DNA of 64,000 bases. Source: Podarcis bocagei. Lineage: Eukaryota. The notes under the pieces are model-generated. The model was not told the DNA's origin and did not search any database. It saw only the letters and a list, made by a program, of their open reading frames with translations. Shown here piece by piece: positions 39,213 through 52,365 of this stretch (its first letter is position 1; each line of letters begins with the position of its first letter). A program made the position numbers and the translations under genes. The DNA lies in NCBI GenBank assembly GCA_964188305.1, contig OZ076899.1; one strand, written 5' to 3'.

Positions 39213-40943
39213 CAAATAGCAGATTGGTATTGCCTCACCCAACTGGAAAAGAGGTGCAGTGCACTCAGGTCACACCCTGACCATACATTTAAAGCACATT
39301 CAGCATTCCTTCCTTCCAAAGAATCATGGGAGCTGTAGTTTGTTCAGGGTATTGTGAACTGAAGCCTGGGGGTGGTGGTGGTGGTAAAACAACAGTTCTC
39401 CCAGGATTCTTTGGGGGAAGCCATGTGCCTTAGACATGCATTAAATGTGCTTTCAATGTATGGTGCGGATGTGGCCCAAATGTCATGCAACCACAAATGT
39501 TCAGCTCTCATGAATTTTTATTTATTTATAAAAAAGAGCACCTAGCAAGGAGAACAACCCCTCTGGAAAGACAAGCCCATCACAGCAAAGCTCAGATGCA
39601 GCCTCCCCCAACCAGGTGCCTGCCAGAGGTTTTCAGACGACAACTGACAGCTGCCCCAGCATTCAGTTCCTCCTGCTGCGTGGACTTTTACGGCGTTTTC
39701 CTTTTTGTACATTGCAGAAGCTACCAATATTCCAACTCATCACTCACGCAGTTTGAATGTTTCTGAACATTCCATGGCATCACGGCAGCTCAGCAAACAG
39801 CAGAGGAGGGTGGCTTGAAGGGCACAAGGAAACAACAGCTGACTTAGGCAGGAACAACTAGCTGCACCAGATGGGGGGCACCTGGTTTGCCAGTCGTACA
39901 TGTGAAAAAGATCTAGTAGAACTCCATCAGAAGGTAATGGACTCTCCTTCATTGGACAGAGGTTGGATGGTCATCTGTCAGGGGTTCTTTAGCACTGATT
40001 TCTGCATTGCAGGGGTTGGACTAGATGACTCTTGGGTACCCCCCAGTTCTATGATTCTATTGTTTCTGCACACTATTCAATGTAAAGCCCTATATGGCTT
40101 GGGTCCCGGCTATCTGAAGGACCGTAAAGGAGCATATTTGAGCCTGTCTGGGCTTTGAGATCTTCTGGGGAGACCTCTATCTTGGTCCCATGCACTTCAC
40201 AGGCACGCTTGGTGAGTACACTGGACAGGGCCTTCTTAGTGGCCGCTCCCAGATTATGGAATTCCCTTCCACAGGAGACTAGGCTGCCCTCTCTTTGCTT
40301 TCCTTTTGCTGGCAGTGAAAGATCGCTCCCCCTTTGGCCCCTAACTGGCTGTTCTGGCAGAATCTCCACTTGTTCTTGGTTTTTTTTGTATGCGTCCAAT
40401 GGCCATCTGTCAGGGATTCTTTAGCTGAGATTCCTGCATTGCAAGGGGGGGGGGGTTGTACTAGATGTCATTTTGGATCCCTTCCAACTCTGCAATTCTA
40501 GGATTCTTTGGTGGTGGGGAGCGCATATGGAATCTTCAGCTTCTCGTTCTTGTATTTCAGCACCCCTGCTCCTCTCTCCACCCCAGTTCAAGGCAGCCAC
40601 CATGCCACTGCATTTCCTATACACCCTCAGTGCAAATACAAGGGGATCTCTTACATCATTAACTTTCTAAAGGGGCTTTGATATATGTAAGGTGAGAGAT
40701 GGAACAAGTGAAGTGGCATGCAGCTGGTGATGTCACAGCCACCTCATTTGCATATGCATCTACAACCTTCCTGGAATTCTGATCCTCCAAGCTGGCTGAG
40801 GCTAATCCATAAGCAAAATTCCAGCTTTCAGAATTTGGGGCTCAAGAAGATTTCTGCTCTGGGTGATGGGGAAGGATCACCTCTGTTGCTGCTAATCACA
40901 CCTGTAGACAATTTTTTAAAATTTTATTTTATTTTAAACAGTA

Positions 40944-41174
40944 CAATGGTACTTCGGGTTAAGAACTTAATTCGTTCTGGAGGTCCGTTCTTAACCTGAA
41001 ACTGTTCTTAATCTGAAGCACCACTTTAGCTAATGGGGCCTCCCTCAGCCGCTGCACGATTTCTGTTCTCATCCTGAAGCAAAGTTCTTAACCCGAGGCA
41101 ATATTTCTGGGTTAGTGGAGTCTGTAACCTGAAGCATATGTAACCTGAAGCATATGTAACCCGAGGTACCACTG
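40944..41174. mobile_element. Tc1/mariner MITE
   Basis: TA|CAATGGTACTTCGG ... CCGAGGTACCACTG|TA; inverted relative to the 32490 and 52366 copies. Confidence 0.9.
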
Positions 41175-42093
41175 TAATGCAATTTTAGTATTACTTACAG
41201 CCTGAGCCTATGATCTTTTCACCTTGGGGGGGGTGGGGGGGTGTCAGCCAGGCATCCAGGCTGCTAGTGGAGAAGGCTGATGGCAAAGCTCATGCATCAA
41301 AGGAGACAGTGTCGTATAGTGGTTAGTGTTTAAACTAGGATTCCACTCAGCCATGGAACTCACTGGGTAGGAGGCAATCACTGCCTCTCAGCCTAACCTA
41401 CCTTGCAGGGTTGTTATGAGGATTAAATGGGGGGGGGACCATGTACGTCACCTTGAGCTCCTTGGAGAAAAAGGTAGGATATAAAAATAGAATAAGTAGA
41501 TAGCAAGTCAAACTGAGGCAGCATCCATTTCTATTCTGTACAGGTGAATGCCCTCCATCCCCCCTCCAGTTTGGACATGCAGCTGCTACAGGGTTGGTTT
41601 CCTTGTGAGGAGAGAGCAAAGCTTTGCATCCAGCGCTAGTTCTACTCAAAGTAGACCCATCGAAGTGACATGAATGAAGATGATTCATTAATTCCAGGGG
41701 GTCCCCTTTGAGTGGGGCCTTGTAGGCATTTCCAGCTTTCTCAGGATAGCTGTCAATCTGAAAAAAATAAAATCTAAGGGTGTTGGTTTGGGAGGACCTC
41801 AGACAAGGAGCCGGCTTAACAGTGCTAGGAAGTGACATCAGTTTCGTAGACACACACACATCTCTGCCAAAGCTAACAGATCTACTTGGAGATACCTACC
41901 CCCGCTTCTTCAGCTTCTATTCAAATACATGTGGGGGTGTTCTCAGTAGCCACCAACTGTCACTGCTCACTGAAGAAACATCTAACTATCAGAAATGATT
42001 GAGCCAGCTTGTTTTCTGCTGCTCCAAAGGGCAGGACCCGAACCAATGGATTCAAATACCAAGAAAGGCGATTCTGAGTAAACCTGAGTAAAC

Positions 42094-42465
42094 CAAAGTG
42101 TTGGTGTTGACTTTTAAAGCCCTAAACGGCCTCGGCCCAGTATACCTAAAGGAGCGTCTCCACCCCCATTGTTCTGCCCAGACACTGAGGTTCAGCGCCG
42201 AGGGCCTTCTGGCGGTTCCCTCACTGCGAGAAGCAAAGCTACAGGGAACCAGGCAGAGGGCCTTCTCGGTAGTGGCACCCGCCCTGTGGAACACTCTCCC
42301 ATCATATGTCAAAGAGATAAACAACTACCTGACATCTGAAGACATCTGAAGACAGCCCTGTTTAGGGAAGTTTTTAATGTGTGACATTTTAATGTATTTT
42401 TAATCTTTGTTGGAAGCCCCACAGAGTGGCTGGGAAGACCCAGCCAGATGGGCAGGGTACAAATA

Positions 42466-42505
<40 letters not shown>

Positions 42506-42520
42506 ACTATCATCATCATC
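42094..42520 (+). mobile_element. L2 3' fragment with (GAT)n tail inserted in a CR1 fragment (~42008-42725)
   Basis: VLVLTFKALNGLGPVYLKERL...RAFSVVAPALWNTLP; CR1 sequence stops at 42083 and resumes at 42521. Confidence 0.85.
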
Positions 42521-43480
42521 ACTTTCTGACAGTAAGAGCTGTCTGACAGTGTAACACAGACTCCCTCAGATGTTGGTGGACTATCCTCCTTTGGAGGTTT
42601 TTAAACAGAGGTTGGGTGGCCATCTGTCAGGGATTCTTGAACTGCGATTCCTGCATTCAGGGGGCTGGACCAGATGACCCTGGGGGGCGTGTCCCTTCCA
42701 ACTTGACCATTCCTTGCTTCTATGAAACACTTTTAGCATGCTCTAAGACAGCACACTGGCTGGGGCTGATGGGAGTTTGATTTGGTTATTTAAAAATATA
42801 TCTAAGCAGTGTACAAAGAACTGAAGCAACAACAGACAACGTAAACAAAATATTACAAAAATACACAGTTACATATTAAAAAGTTACATTAATATGAAGT
42901 TATTAACCAATATCATCTCCCTTCTGACACACCTTCCCTTTCAGACTCCAGGTTCTCAGCCAGGGACCAAACAAACTCTTAACTCTTAACAAGATTCTCA
43001 CAATGAGAAGAGATCCTGGAAACAGCAGGCATCACCCTAGTCTTTCACTCAAGACTTTCTTTTTATGGGCAGGCCCAAGGTGGATGGTGCTACTTCAGGC
43101 TGCCCACAGCTTTGTCAAATTCAGCTGCACTTTCCAAACCCAGTTCCAGGTATAGCAGGTTTGTTGAGTTGTGGTCCAAACCACTTAGAGGGCACCGGGT
43201 TGGGGAATGCTGTTCTAGAACCCCCAAGTGATCATCAGCGCTTAGCAGCACTCTGTCAAGTCACACAAAGCCCACATTCACACTATGCATTTAATGTATG
43301 ATTCTATGAGTATCATACATCTTTTAACACCAAAGCATAATGGGATCTGCTATTTATTTATTTAAATAGCCCTGTTTAGGGAAGTTTTTAATGACTGATG
43401 TTTTAATGTATTTTTAATCTTTTGTTGGAAGCCACCCAGAGTGGCTGGGGAAACCCAGCCAGATGGGTGGGGTATAAAGG

Positions 43481-43482
<2 letters not shown>

Positions 43483-43527
<45 letters not shown>
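43483..43527. repeat. (AAT)n microsatellite (tail of an L2 fragment at ~43368-43482)
   Basis: Direct reading; upstream sequence matches 42354-42460. Confidence 0.93.
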
Positions 43528-43528
<1 letters not shown>

Positions 43529-44098
43529 TTATTAAGGGTGCTGAGAATTGTTAGAAGATTCCCCCCATTCCCCCCAGAGCTACAATTCCCAAAATTCCTT
43601 GTGAAGAGGGATTGATTGTTAAACCACTCTGGGAACTGCAGCTTTGGGAGGGGAATGGGAGGGTCTCCTAACAACTCTAAGCACTCTTAACAAACTACAG
43701 TTCCCAGAGTCCTTTGGGGGAAGCACGGCGGTTTGAAGTGGTATCATGGGGCTTGAAATGTATTAGGTGAATGTGGAGAAAATGTGGTCATAAGAACATA
43801 AGAAAACCCTGGTGGATCAGGCCAATGGCCCATCTATTCCAGCATCTTGTTCCCACAGTGGCCAAGCCTCAAAGAGAAGCCCACAAGCAGGACCCAGGCA
43901 CAAGTGATCACTCCCCACCCGTGATCCCCAGTGACTGGTACTCAGAAGCATTGCTGCCTCCAACTGTGGAGGCAGAGCATACCCATCATGGCTAGTAGCC
44001 TTCAACAGCCCTCTCCTCCACGGTCCTCTTTTGAGTTGACACAACAGGATGTAACATCTGCTCCAAGAACTCTGCACTTGCAAATGCAATCTCAAAAC

Positions 44099-44532
44099 GG
44101 AAGAGTATTGAAATTCCCTCTATACATGAATGGATCCAAAAGCTGACAGAATACGCTGAATTAGATGGTCTATCAGAAAAAATGAAGAATAAGCCAAAAC
44201 AGGAATTTGTTTCAAAACGGGAGGTTATCAAAGAATATTTGAAATATAATTACAGTAGTTTAAACTCTGTTGCAGCATTTGAGGAATTTCAGTAATTGTT
44301 GCAAGTTAGACATAAGAGTTAAGATATATTAAGAAAAAGTTAAATTATGATAAAAGTGTGTATTGGCAATAAGTAATATGAAATTGAAGCAAGGAATAGA
44401 CAGGAGGTCAGGTCTATAGTGTTAAGACCAACTTATGTTTTATTGTTTGTTAAGAAAATTTTGTGTTTATTGTTATTCTTGTGCGTAATTCTGTATCTGT
44501 GTTTTCCTTTTTTTGTTGTATCAATAAAAAAA
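44099..44532 (+). mobile_element. 5'-truncated L1 insertion
   Basis: Direct repeats GCAAATGCAATCTCAAAAC (44080-44098) / GCAAAAGCAATCTCAAAAC (44533-44551); peptide IPSIHEWIQKLTEYAEL...EYLK; AATAAA followed by an A-tail. Confidence 0.8.
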
Positions 44533-47500
44533 GCAAAAGCAATCTCAAAACATTTGTTTGCAAAAGAAAAGAAAAGAAAAAAGGCGCTGAGATGAGTTTT
44601 GAACTCCAGGCACCTTGTACTCTCAGACTCTTTGCCACCACTCTGCACTGGCTTACTTTATTTGGAAGAAAGCCCCCCTCTTCTGTTCTGATGGAGCTTG
44701 ATTCTTAAGCATTTTCCGTGGCTCCAGCTTGCCTGTGGCTGCCATGCCAGAGCTAATGGCTGGCATTCTGTAGTTGCAGTCCTACATGCTCCTGAGAGCA
44801 AAGTAAGAAGTGCAAAAATAGCTGTAGAGACACGACTGACAGACACTCCCACAGTGTACCTGGCAACCCACCAATCATGAGATTGCGCACCAGCGCTGCC
44901 CCCACATTAACCATGCATGGAACACTCCAGCCGAAATGTGCAAGTCCGGCAGAAGGAGAAAGTGCAGGCTAAGTATGGGCAGAGGGTAAGAGCCCTGAAG
45001 TTGCTTATCAACAGTTATCAGTCGGGCAGGCACCCTGAGCAGGCGCAGACCACAGTTGTTCCTATGATGGTGGAATTCATTTAAATAATTTCTATTTAAA
45101 TGATAACACTTATTCCTCAACTTGCAGCTATACATCTAGATGAGCACATGCAAATTTTATGCAAATAGGTGCCCTCCTTTTTCAGCGACACATTTCCTCT
45201 CTTTGAGCAATGTGTAAGGATAGCAAGGATGCAGGGAATCAAAGAGAGTAGACCTGAGTACCAGCCTCGAACGAGTTTCACTTATTGCATTTATATCCCA
45301 CCTTTCTTTCCTACAAGGAGCTCAAGGTGGCAGACATGGTTCTCTGCCACTCTTCATTTAATCCCCCCCAACAACCCTGTGAGGTAGGTTGGGGTTGAGA
45401 GGCAGTGCCTGGCCCCAGGTCACCCACTGAGCTTCATAGCTGAGTAGGGGCTTGAAACCTGGTCTCCCAGCTCCTAGTCGAAACACTCTCACCACTGCAT
45501 CACTGGTTCCCTTTCAGTGTCTTGCACACAATGATTTTGGGTGAAAAATAACGAGAGCGGAACTAGAATTCAGGGCTCCTCATTGAATGAGAAGGTATTT
45601 TCCATGGTGGCTCCCAGGTTATGGAATGACCACCCCTCTGAGATGCAACTTGGTCCCTGCATGTTTTTTGATGATGGGTTCCTCCTCCTGCATTGCTGTG
45701 CCCTGCTGTGCTGCTAACACTGGCTGCTCTGTACTTGTTTTTTTTGGGGGGGGGGAGGTGTTGTATTTTGCTTGAAAATTGTGCTTGCTTGAATTGTGAC
45801 ATTTTCCTATCCCACCCCAGGACCATTTGGCAAGAGGTGGACTATAACTACAAATAAACAACAAATATATGCTAAATAAAGGAGCACCACACAGCCGCAC
45901 AACAGAAAGATTTGCAATTAGTCTAGCCCATGATGTAGGAACAAAACAGGAAGCTGCCTTATCTTGTGTCAGCCACCAACAGCAATATTGTTCACACTGA
46001 CTGGCAGAGGCTTTCCAGGGTTTCAGTCTTTCCCAGCCCTACTGAGATATTCCAGGGATTGATGCTTGGGGCATCTGCACGCAAAGCAAGATATTCTGCT
46101 GCTGAGCTGCGGCCCTCCTTCTGCTCTCCTCAGCTCCACATGAATCATCTAGCCATACAGCTCAGTACTGAAGGACCTCAGCTGGAACAACGTATCTTCA
46201 GCCAACAAAAGGTGTTCAGTTTGCTCCTGCAAGAGTGTGCAGCGTGGCACAGGCAATCCGAGTGAGTGATGCAATGGCCAATGGCCTCCTCCTGTCAAGT
46301 GCCATGCCCAATACTTTAGATGCACCTCCCTTGCATTTCAGGATAAATTCAGTTTATTGCCAGCATTTGCAGGGCATCCTCTCCAGAAGCCCTTCTAGAG
46401 AGGGTGACTGATACAGCTCTGCCGGCTGGCTTATCACACTGGCAACAGCCATATGAAGAGAATGGAAGACTTAGAGTCTGTACTATTTTGTATTAAAACA
46501 CACACAAATGCTTTTAAGAAGAGCCTGCTAGATCAGGCCAATGGCCCATCTAGTCCAGCATCCATTCTCACAGTGGCCAACCAGATGCCTCAAAGGGAAC
46601 CCCCAAGCAAGACCCAAAAACAAGAGCACTCTTCCTTCCTTAGGTTTCCAGCAACTTGTATTCAGAATGTAGCCCTCTCAGCCATTGATTTTGACAATGC
46701 TCCAGCAGCAAGACCCACAGTCAGCATGCAGACCCCGCGTTCTGCTGTGGTGGCACACCTCCTGGTCCTCCTCTCGTGTCCCATAGGGAAGACCAAGGGG
46801 GTGACTAAGAAGGGGGCAGTGCTGGAGGCACCAGCTCATTCACTTAAGAACAAAGACAACGCTGAAATCATCAAGTCTTTTATTGAATGACATCCATGGC
46901 AGAGTGAGCTCTGGCAGTGTCACAGAGTACAGCTGCTCTGGTTGTGACCCTGTCTCCCACACATTCCGGAAAGGGACAGGACTCATGCGAGAGCAGGGAA
47001 AGTAATGACCCCACAGAGGACCATCTGGCATCTCACGAGTCACCTGCTGCTGGTCTAGGCCTCTCTTGTGGCCTCTATGGCACCGGGGAGTAGAGAACAC
47101 TTTTTCCTCCGTGAGTGTAAAGGGCTGCCTGGTTGCCTGTAGAGAGACATGGGGATAGTTAGTGGTAGTGATGAGCAATGAGAAGAGGCTGCAGCAGACA
47201 ACTCCTGGGGAAGTGGCAGAGGAGGGGGCTCCAGCCCCCCAAGTGCTTCTAGTCAACAGAGGTTGGATGGTCATCTGCCAGGTTCCATCCATTTAGCCTC
47301 GGTTCCTGCATTGCAGGGGGTTGGACTAGATGATCCTTGGAAGTCCCTCCCTACTCTACAGTTCTATGATTTCTTTTTGTTGGCAGCTGGCCTGGGGTCT
47401 GCATCCAAAGAGGGTGATGCTGTCACCAATGAAACAGCCCTCACCCAGAAGCCCCAAGGAGTGGCCCTGGAGCTCGGCCTTCATGTCCCCTGGCTCTGAT

Positions 47501-48349
47501 CCTGCTAGGAAAAACAGGATCCAGCAGATGGTTCGCCTACAATGGTACCAGGCTCCTCTTTGTTTGTGCCAGTGCATAGTGAAAGAACTGATCTAGATTT
47601 GGGGCCCGACAGTCAACAGATTCCCTGTTTTTGTGCACGGGACATGTGGGAGATGCTGCTGCACCTTGCTGAGCCAGGGTGTGGGGTTGGTAAGCTGGAA
47701 TGAGATGGGAGGAATGCAAAAGGCTCTGCTTTTTACCTGTGGCGGTCCTCTTGTCCTTGGAGTTGCCGATTCTTGAGAGTATTTATATTTGAAGTCTGGA
47801 ATCGCAGCACCTGTAAAAGGTCTGAGAACACAACTGTTATCTATCTACCCTTTCTCCCCCATCCTTTTTGGGGGAAAGTTCCCGTGGCTCCTGGGTATTT
47901 TTGTTTCCTATGCAAAGTTTTCCCTATCATCAAATGCCCCATCGCTAAAGCACCCACTCACTTAATCCTAGTTCTCCAGACATGGGGCAGAAGAGCATCT
48001 CTCCATACCATGTTCTGGTCAACTGTTTCCTCGCCAGGGCTGATGAACGCTTCTGTATAGTGACTGGCTGCAGAATGGGTCTCTTCTGCATTGTGGCTTT
48101 GTGGTTAGAAAGGTTTGAATGTCCTGATGCAACAGAGTCCAGGGCTCCCATGCCTTTAATAGTTGTGTAAAAGAAGCAATTAAAGGGTCAGCAGCTCTGT
48201 TCTCTCATGTGCCTGGCCGGTCTAGTTTCAGGCAGGGGGCAGCCCTTCAAGTAGGGCTCTTCCTTCATTGACTTCGAGGGATACTCTTTACTTATGCCAC
48301 CCCTTTTACAGGCACATTATGCCATCACAAGCTCTGCCCCTCTCATCTC

Positions 48350-48598
48350 CTTAAGAACATAAGAAGAGCCTGCTGGATCAGGCCAGTGGCCCCTCTAGTC
48401 CAACATCCTGTTCTCACAGTAGCCAACCAGATACATTTCTGTGAAGCCTGCAAGCAGGACAGAAGCACAAGAGCACTCTCTGCACCCGCAATCCCCAGTA
48501 ACTGGTATTCAGAAGCCCCCAACTGTGGAGGCAGAACATAGCCAACATGGATAGTAGGCTTGAATAGCCCTTTCTCCTCCATGAATTTGTCCAGTCCT
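48350..48598 (-). mobile_element. Older CR1 3'-end fragment (representative of many copies)
   Basis: aagaacataagaagagcctgctggatcagg...catcctgttctcacagtagccaacc; similar pieces near 3480, 4260, 21232, 21790, 23720, 25450, 43790, 46515, 58715 and 63645. Confidence 0.7.
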
Positions 48599-48943
48599 CC
48601 CCCACCAATCTTGACATCATATGAGTCGGGGAGAGGGTCATCATCCACAAGCAGTGGCGGACTTTGGGCTTGCAAATTTCAGTAGCGCCCTGTGCAACAC
48701 CAATTCTCTTCCCCCTCCTAGCATTTCGCCTTCCATTCTAAGTCAGTGCCAAGAGTGTGAAAACCAATTGCACTCCCTTAAATCTTCCTCTAGCACAATT
48801 GGGTCTCGGAGATTGATACGGTGTTCAGCTTTACTCTTACAGAGAGGCTTAGCAGTGATTCAATCCCTGCCCATTAGGCAAAACTTGGAGTATATACCTC
48901 TAGCTATCATTTAAATTTTATAGGGAAAGAAAGAAAAAGGAAG

Positions 48944-48993
<50 letters not shown>
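48944..48993. repeat. (GAAA)n microsatellite
   Basis: Direct reading. Confidence 0.96.
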
Positions 48994-48994
<1 letters not shown>

Positions 48995-49152
48995 GGATTT
49001 AAAACAAGAAGACTCTAAACATTTGAGAAAATGAAATGTTGCCGTGTATGCCCACCTCCCAAGAGTCAGCCTGGAACAGGAACCCTGTGGTGCCCTCCTC
49101 TTTTTGGGTGGTGGGCCCGTTTTGTTCCCAAACTCTTTGGCACTCATTAGAG

Positions 49153-49288
49153 CAGTGTTTCCCAACCTTGGGCCTCCAGCTGTTTTTGAACTACAATTCC
49201 CATCATCCCTGACCACTGGTCTTGCTAGCTGAGGATTATGGGAGTTGTAGTCCAAAAACAGCTGGAGGCCCAAGGTTGGGAAATGCTG
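49153..49288. mobile_element. 136-bp palindromic hAT (Charlie-like) MITE
   Basis: Long inverted arms; perfect 8-bp TSD CATTAGAG. Confidence 0.92.
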
Positions 49289-51427
49289 CATTAGAGGAAG
49301 CGAGGGTGATGGAGTGTCATCAGAAATGTTCCAGGAGTTGTCAGCCTGCCTGAAAAGGCCAGAGCAATCTGGCAGTCTGCTGTGTCTTCTGCTTCTCCTC
49401 CATCTTTCAAAATGCTGTAGAGAAATCTCAGATCGTGTGTCTTCAAGCAGACGTCGAACTGGCAGCCTGTTATTGACCCATTGCTGAGTTCTGTCAATAT
49501 ACATGAGCAAAGGGATAAGGCGCTAGTTATCAGGCAGGAGCTGTTCTTTAGCCCAGCGGGAGGCCGCCTTAATCAAAGGAGTGAGCCTGGATTCCCGCTG
49601 GCACCTTCCATGCCCCCCCCAAGCCTGGATCCGTGTCAAGTTCTGGTTCATTATAGCCCAAACAGTGGATAATATTGGGCCTCTGCGAGGGCTTTTCCTG
49701 GGGTGCCTGAGGCTGGTTAAGTGCTTCGCTGGTGGCAGGTGATCCTTCCTGCTGTTTTCGAGATTTGGTTTTACTGTACAACATTTTGAGCGCGTGATTA
49801 GAAGGGTATTGTGCAAATCAATCAAAAATAAAAGCGATAATAATTTCATGGCGGAAGCCCAAAGCGAAAGGGTTTCCGCCCTGGAACTTTAGCTTGGGGC
49901 TGGGGAGATGCCAGAGGAAAATTGAGTGACGGAAGGGCTGGTATATACGGCTAGGACCTCTGACAACCACATTCCTATAGACCCACATCACTCCAACCAG
50001 AGAGTTGAATGTGCACCAGTGGTATCCTCCAGGGACTGGGATCCCTCTTCAGGCCAAGGGCCGCATTGCCTTCTGAGCAACTTTCCAAGGGCCAGATGCC
50101 TGTGGTAGGTGGAGCCAGAAGGGAAAGGGGGCAGAACAATGAATGAGCATTTTACCTTTGTACAATGGGCTAGTTTCGACACACACTGACCCACCACACT
50201 CTATCTTCCATCCAGACAAGGAAGAGTTCAAGGACACATCAGAACCAGGCAAAGCCACTCGTGGCCAGCAAAAGCTGTGCCTTAAGGAGAGTTCTGATGG
50301 CCAGATAGAGAGACGTGGGGGGCCGCATTTGCACCTCGAGTCATGAAGTTCCCAGCCCCTGTGGGTGACCACAAAACGCCTGCACATGCAGAATTCTCCA
50401 TTCACTTCAGTGGATGATGTGCGGCAGGCTCCATGTGCAGGGCTGTAGCCAGAAATATTCAGCTATGATGGTGCTATGATGGAAATGTCACCATTCTAGT
50501 TTATTATATATTGCAGAATGAAATAAAAACATTTAAAAATAAAACAGAATGTGAAACTGCACATGCTCAGAGTATTTCTTTTATAAATATTGGGGTTGAC
50601 AAACTCTTCTCTCTAACGTATCAGGAATGTAAAGGCAATCGATCTGTTAGTGTGGCCACAGCTACACTTTGGAACTCCCTGCCTATTGATATGAGGCAGG
50701 TACTCTTTCTGGAGCCTGCTAAAAGCATTTTTGTTTAGACAAGCCTACCCAGATGCTTATAAAGCTGGTGTGAATTTTAATCTTTTTTTTAAAACTTTTC
50801 ATAATTTTAATTATTTTTGCTAATTTTTTAATTGATAATTTTATTGTTTTTTCTTTTTTGTAAACTGCTTTGAAGTTTCCTTCCCCAACCAAGCATACTT
50901 ATTATACTAAACTAGATAAAAACATGCAATGTAAAATGAAATGCAAAAACGTGGAATGACGTGGCAGGGGATGGGGAAGGGTGTAATGTAGTCAAACCCC
51001 ATAGAAAGGGGGCCTCCTGCAAGACAATTAAGTTTAGAATTATGTAGCCACAACTCTGGATGGCTGAAAGCTCCCTGTCCCATGGGGGGGGGGAATCAAT
51101 GTGAAATAAATTTATTTCAATATATGTTATATTCAGAATACTGTATTGTATTGCTGGTATATGCTGTCTGGGGAAAATAGTAAATATATCTTAATGCCAA
51201 GGACACAGGTTGGAAGTGTAGGCAATGCCTGCATGTTACATCTTGGAAAAATTAGTAGACTTTTTTTTGGGGGGGGTCATAATCCATATAAATACTATAA
51301 CTGGATATACTTTGCAGTAAGATCCTCTACAAATTCTATTAGATTTTAAAATAAAATGAAAACCAATGCCTAGGAAGAAATGTGAGACCAGCACTTAAAT
51401 ATCTAATAACTACTAAATGGTGCTCAC

Positions 51428-51436
51428 CTGGTATAT
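51428..51436 (-). CDS. Candidate 9-nt cassette microexon of CACNG3 (unverified)
   Basis: Minus strand reads cttaAt-aaaccccctcttgttctgcag|ATATACCAG|gtgagc: branch point at -23, pyrimidine tract, CAG acceptor, strong donor; in frame with no stop. Confidence 0.45.
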
Positions 51437-52055
51437 CTGCAGAACAAGAGGGGGTTTATTAAGATGGGGCTGATAGCTAAAAGAGAGCTAGTGTGGCGGT
51501 ATGGCTAGAGTGCTGGACTAAGAGCTTGGAGAGTCCAGGGTTCAAATCCCCCCCCCATTCATTCATGGAGCTCACTGGGTGATCTTGGGGGCCCAACACT
51601 GCCTCTCAGCCTAATCCTGCCTCATAGCATTGTTCTGCAAATAAAATGAGGCAGGAGAGATCTAGGTATGCCACCTTAAGGTCATCAGAGGAAGAAAAGG
51701 TGGGATACAAATGCATCAATCAGTCAATCAATCAATCAATGCATAATCAATCTCCCATCAGCCATAGCCAGAGAGCGATGCTCCCATCAGACCCAGGATT
51801 CTACAGACCAACCTGACTATGCCAGATGGGAGTTGTAGTCCAAAAGATCTGGAGGATACCAAGTTGGGGAAGGCTGCCGACTCCATTGCATACAAATAGC
51901 TTCCCAAAAATCACATATTGGAAAATTCTATTCCTTTTGATGTTGCCACATCCACCCCCCTTGATTTGCTTTCATATAAATCCCTCCCTACTCTCTCACT
52001 CAGTAATTCAGACAAAAGAATGAATCAAAAGCGATCTGAAGGAGTGCATCTGAAA

Positions 52056-52191
52056 CAGGCTTCCTCAACCTCAGCACTCCAGATGTTTTGAGACTACAAT
52101 TCCTATCATCCCTGACCACTGGTCCTGCTAGCTAGGGCTCATGGGAGTTGTAGGCCAAAAGCATCTGGAGGGCCGAGGTTGAGGAAGCCTG
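52056..52191. mobile_element. 136-bp palindromic hAT MITE
   Basis: CAGGCTTCCTCAACCTC / GAGGTTGAGGAAGCCTG; TSD ATCTGAAA/ATCTGAAG. Older relatives at ~25025-25170, ~30180-30260, ~31843-31975 and ~43125-43212. Confidence 0.9.
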
Positions 52192-52365
52192 ATCTGAAGC
52201 TTCAAACTGATATATAACACTGAATCTGCAAACAATTCAAAATGTACTATTGGCCAAAATATGTGGTGATCCCCGCCCCCAAATTAAAAGTCACTAATAT
52301 TTTTCCATGAAGAGATTTTAGACAGCATGTTTCAATAAAACTCACAGCATCTACTTTCCCCCCTA

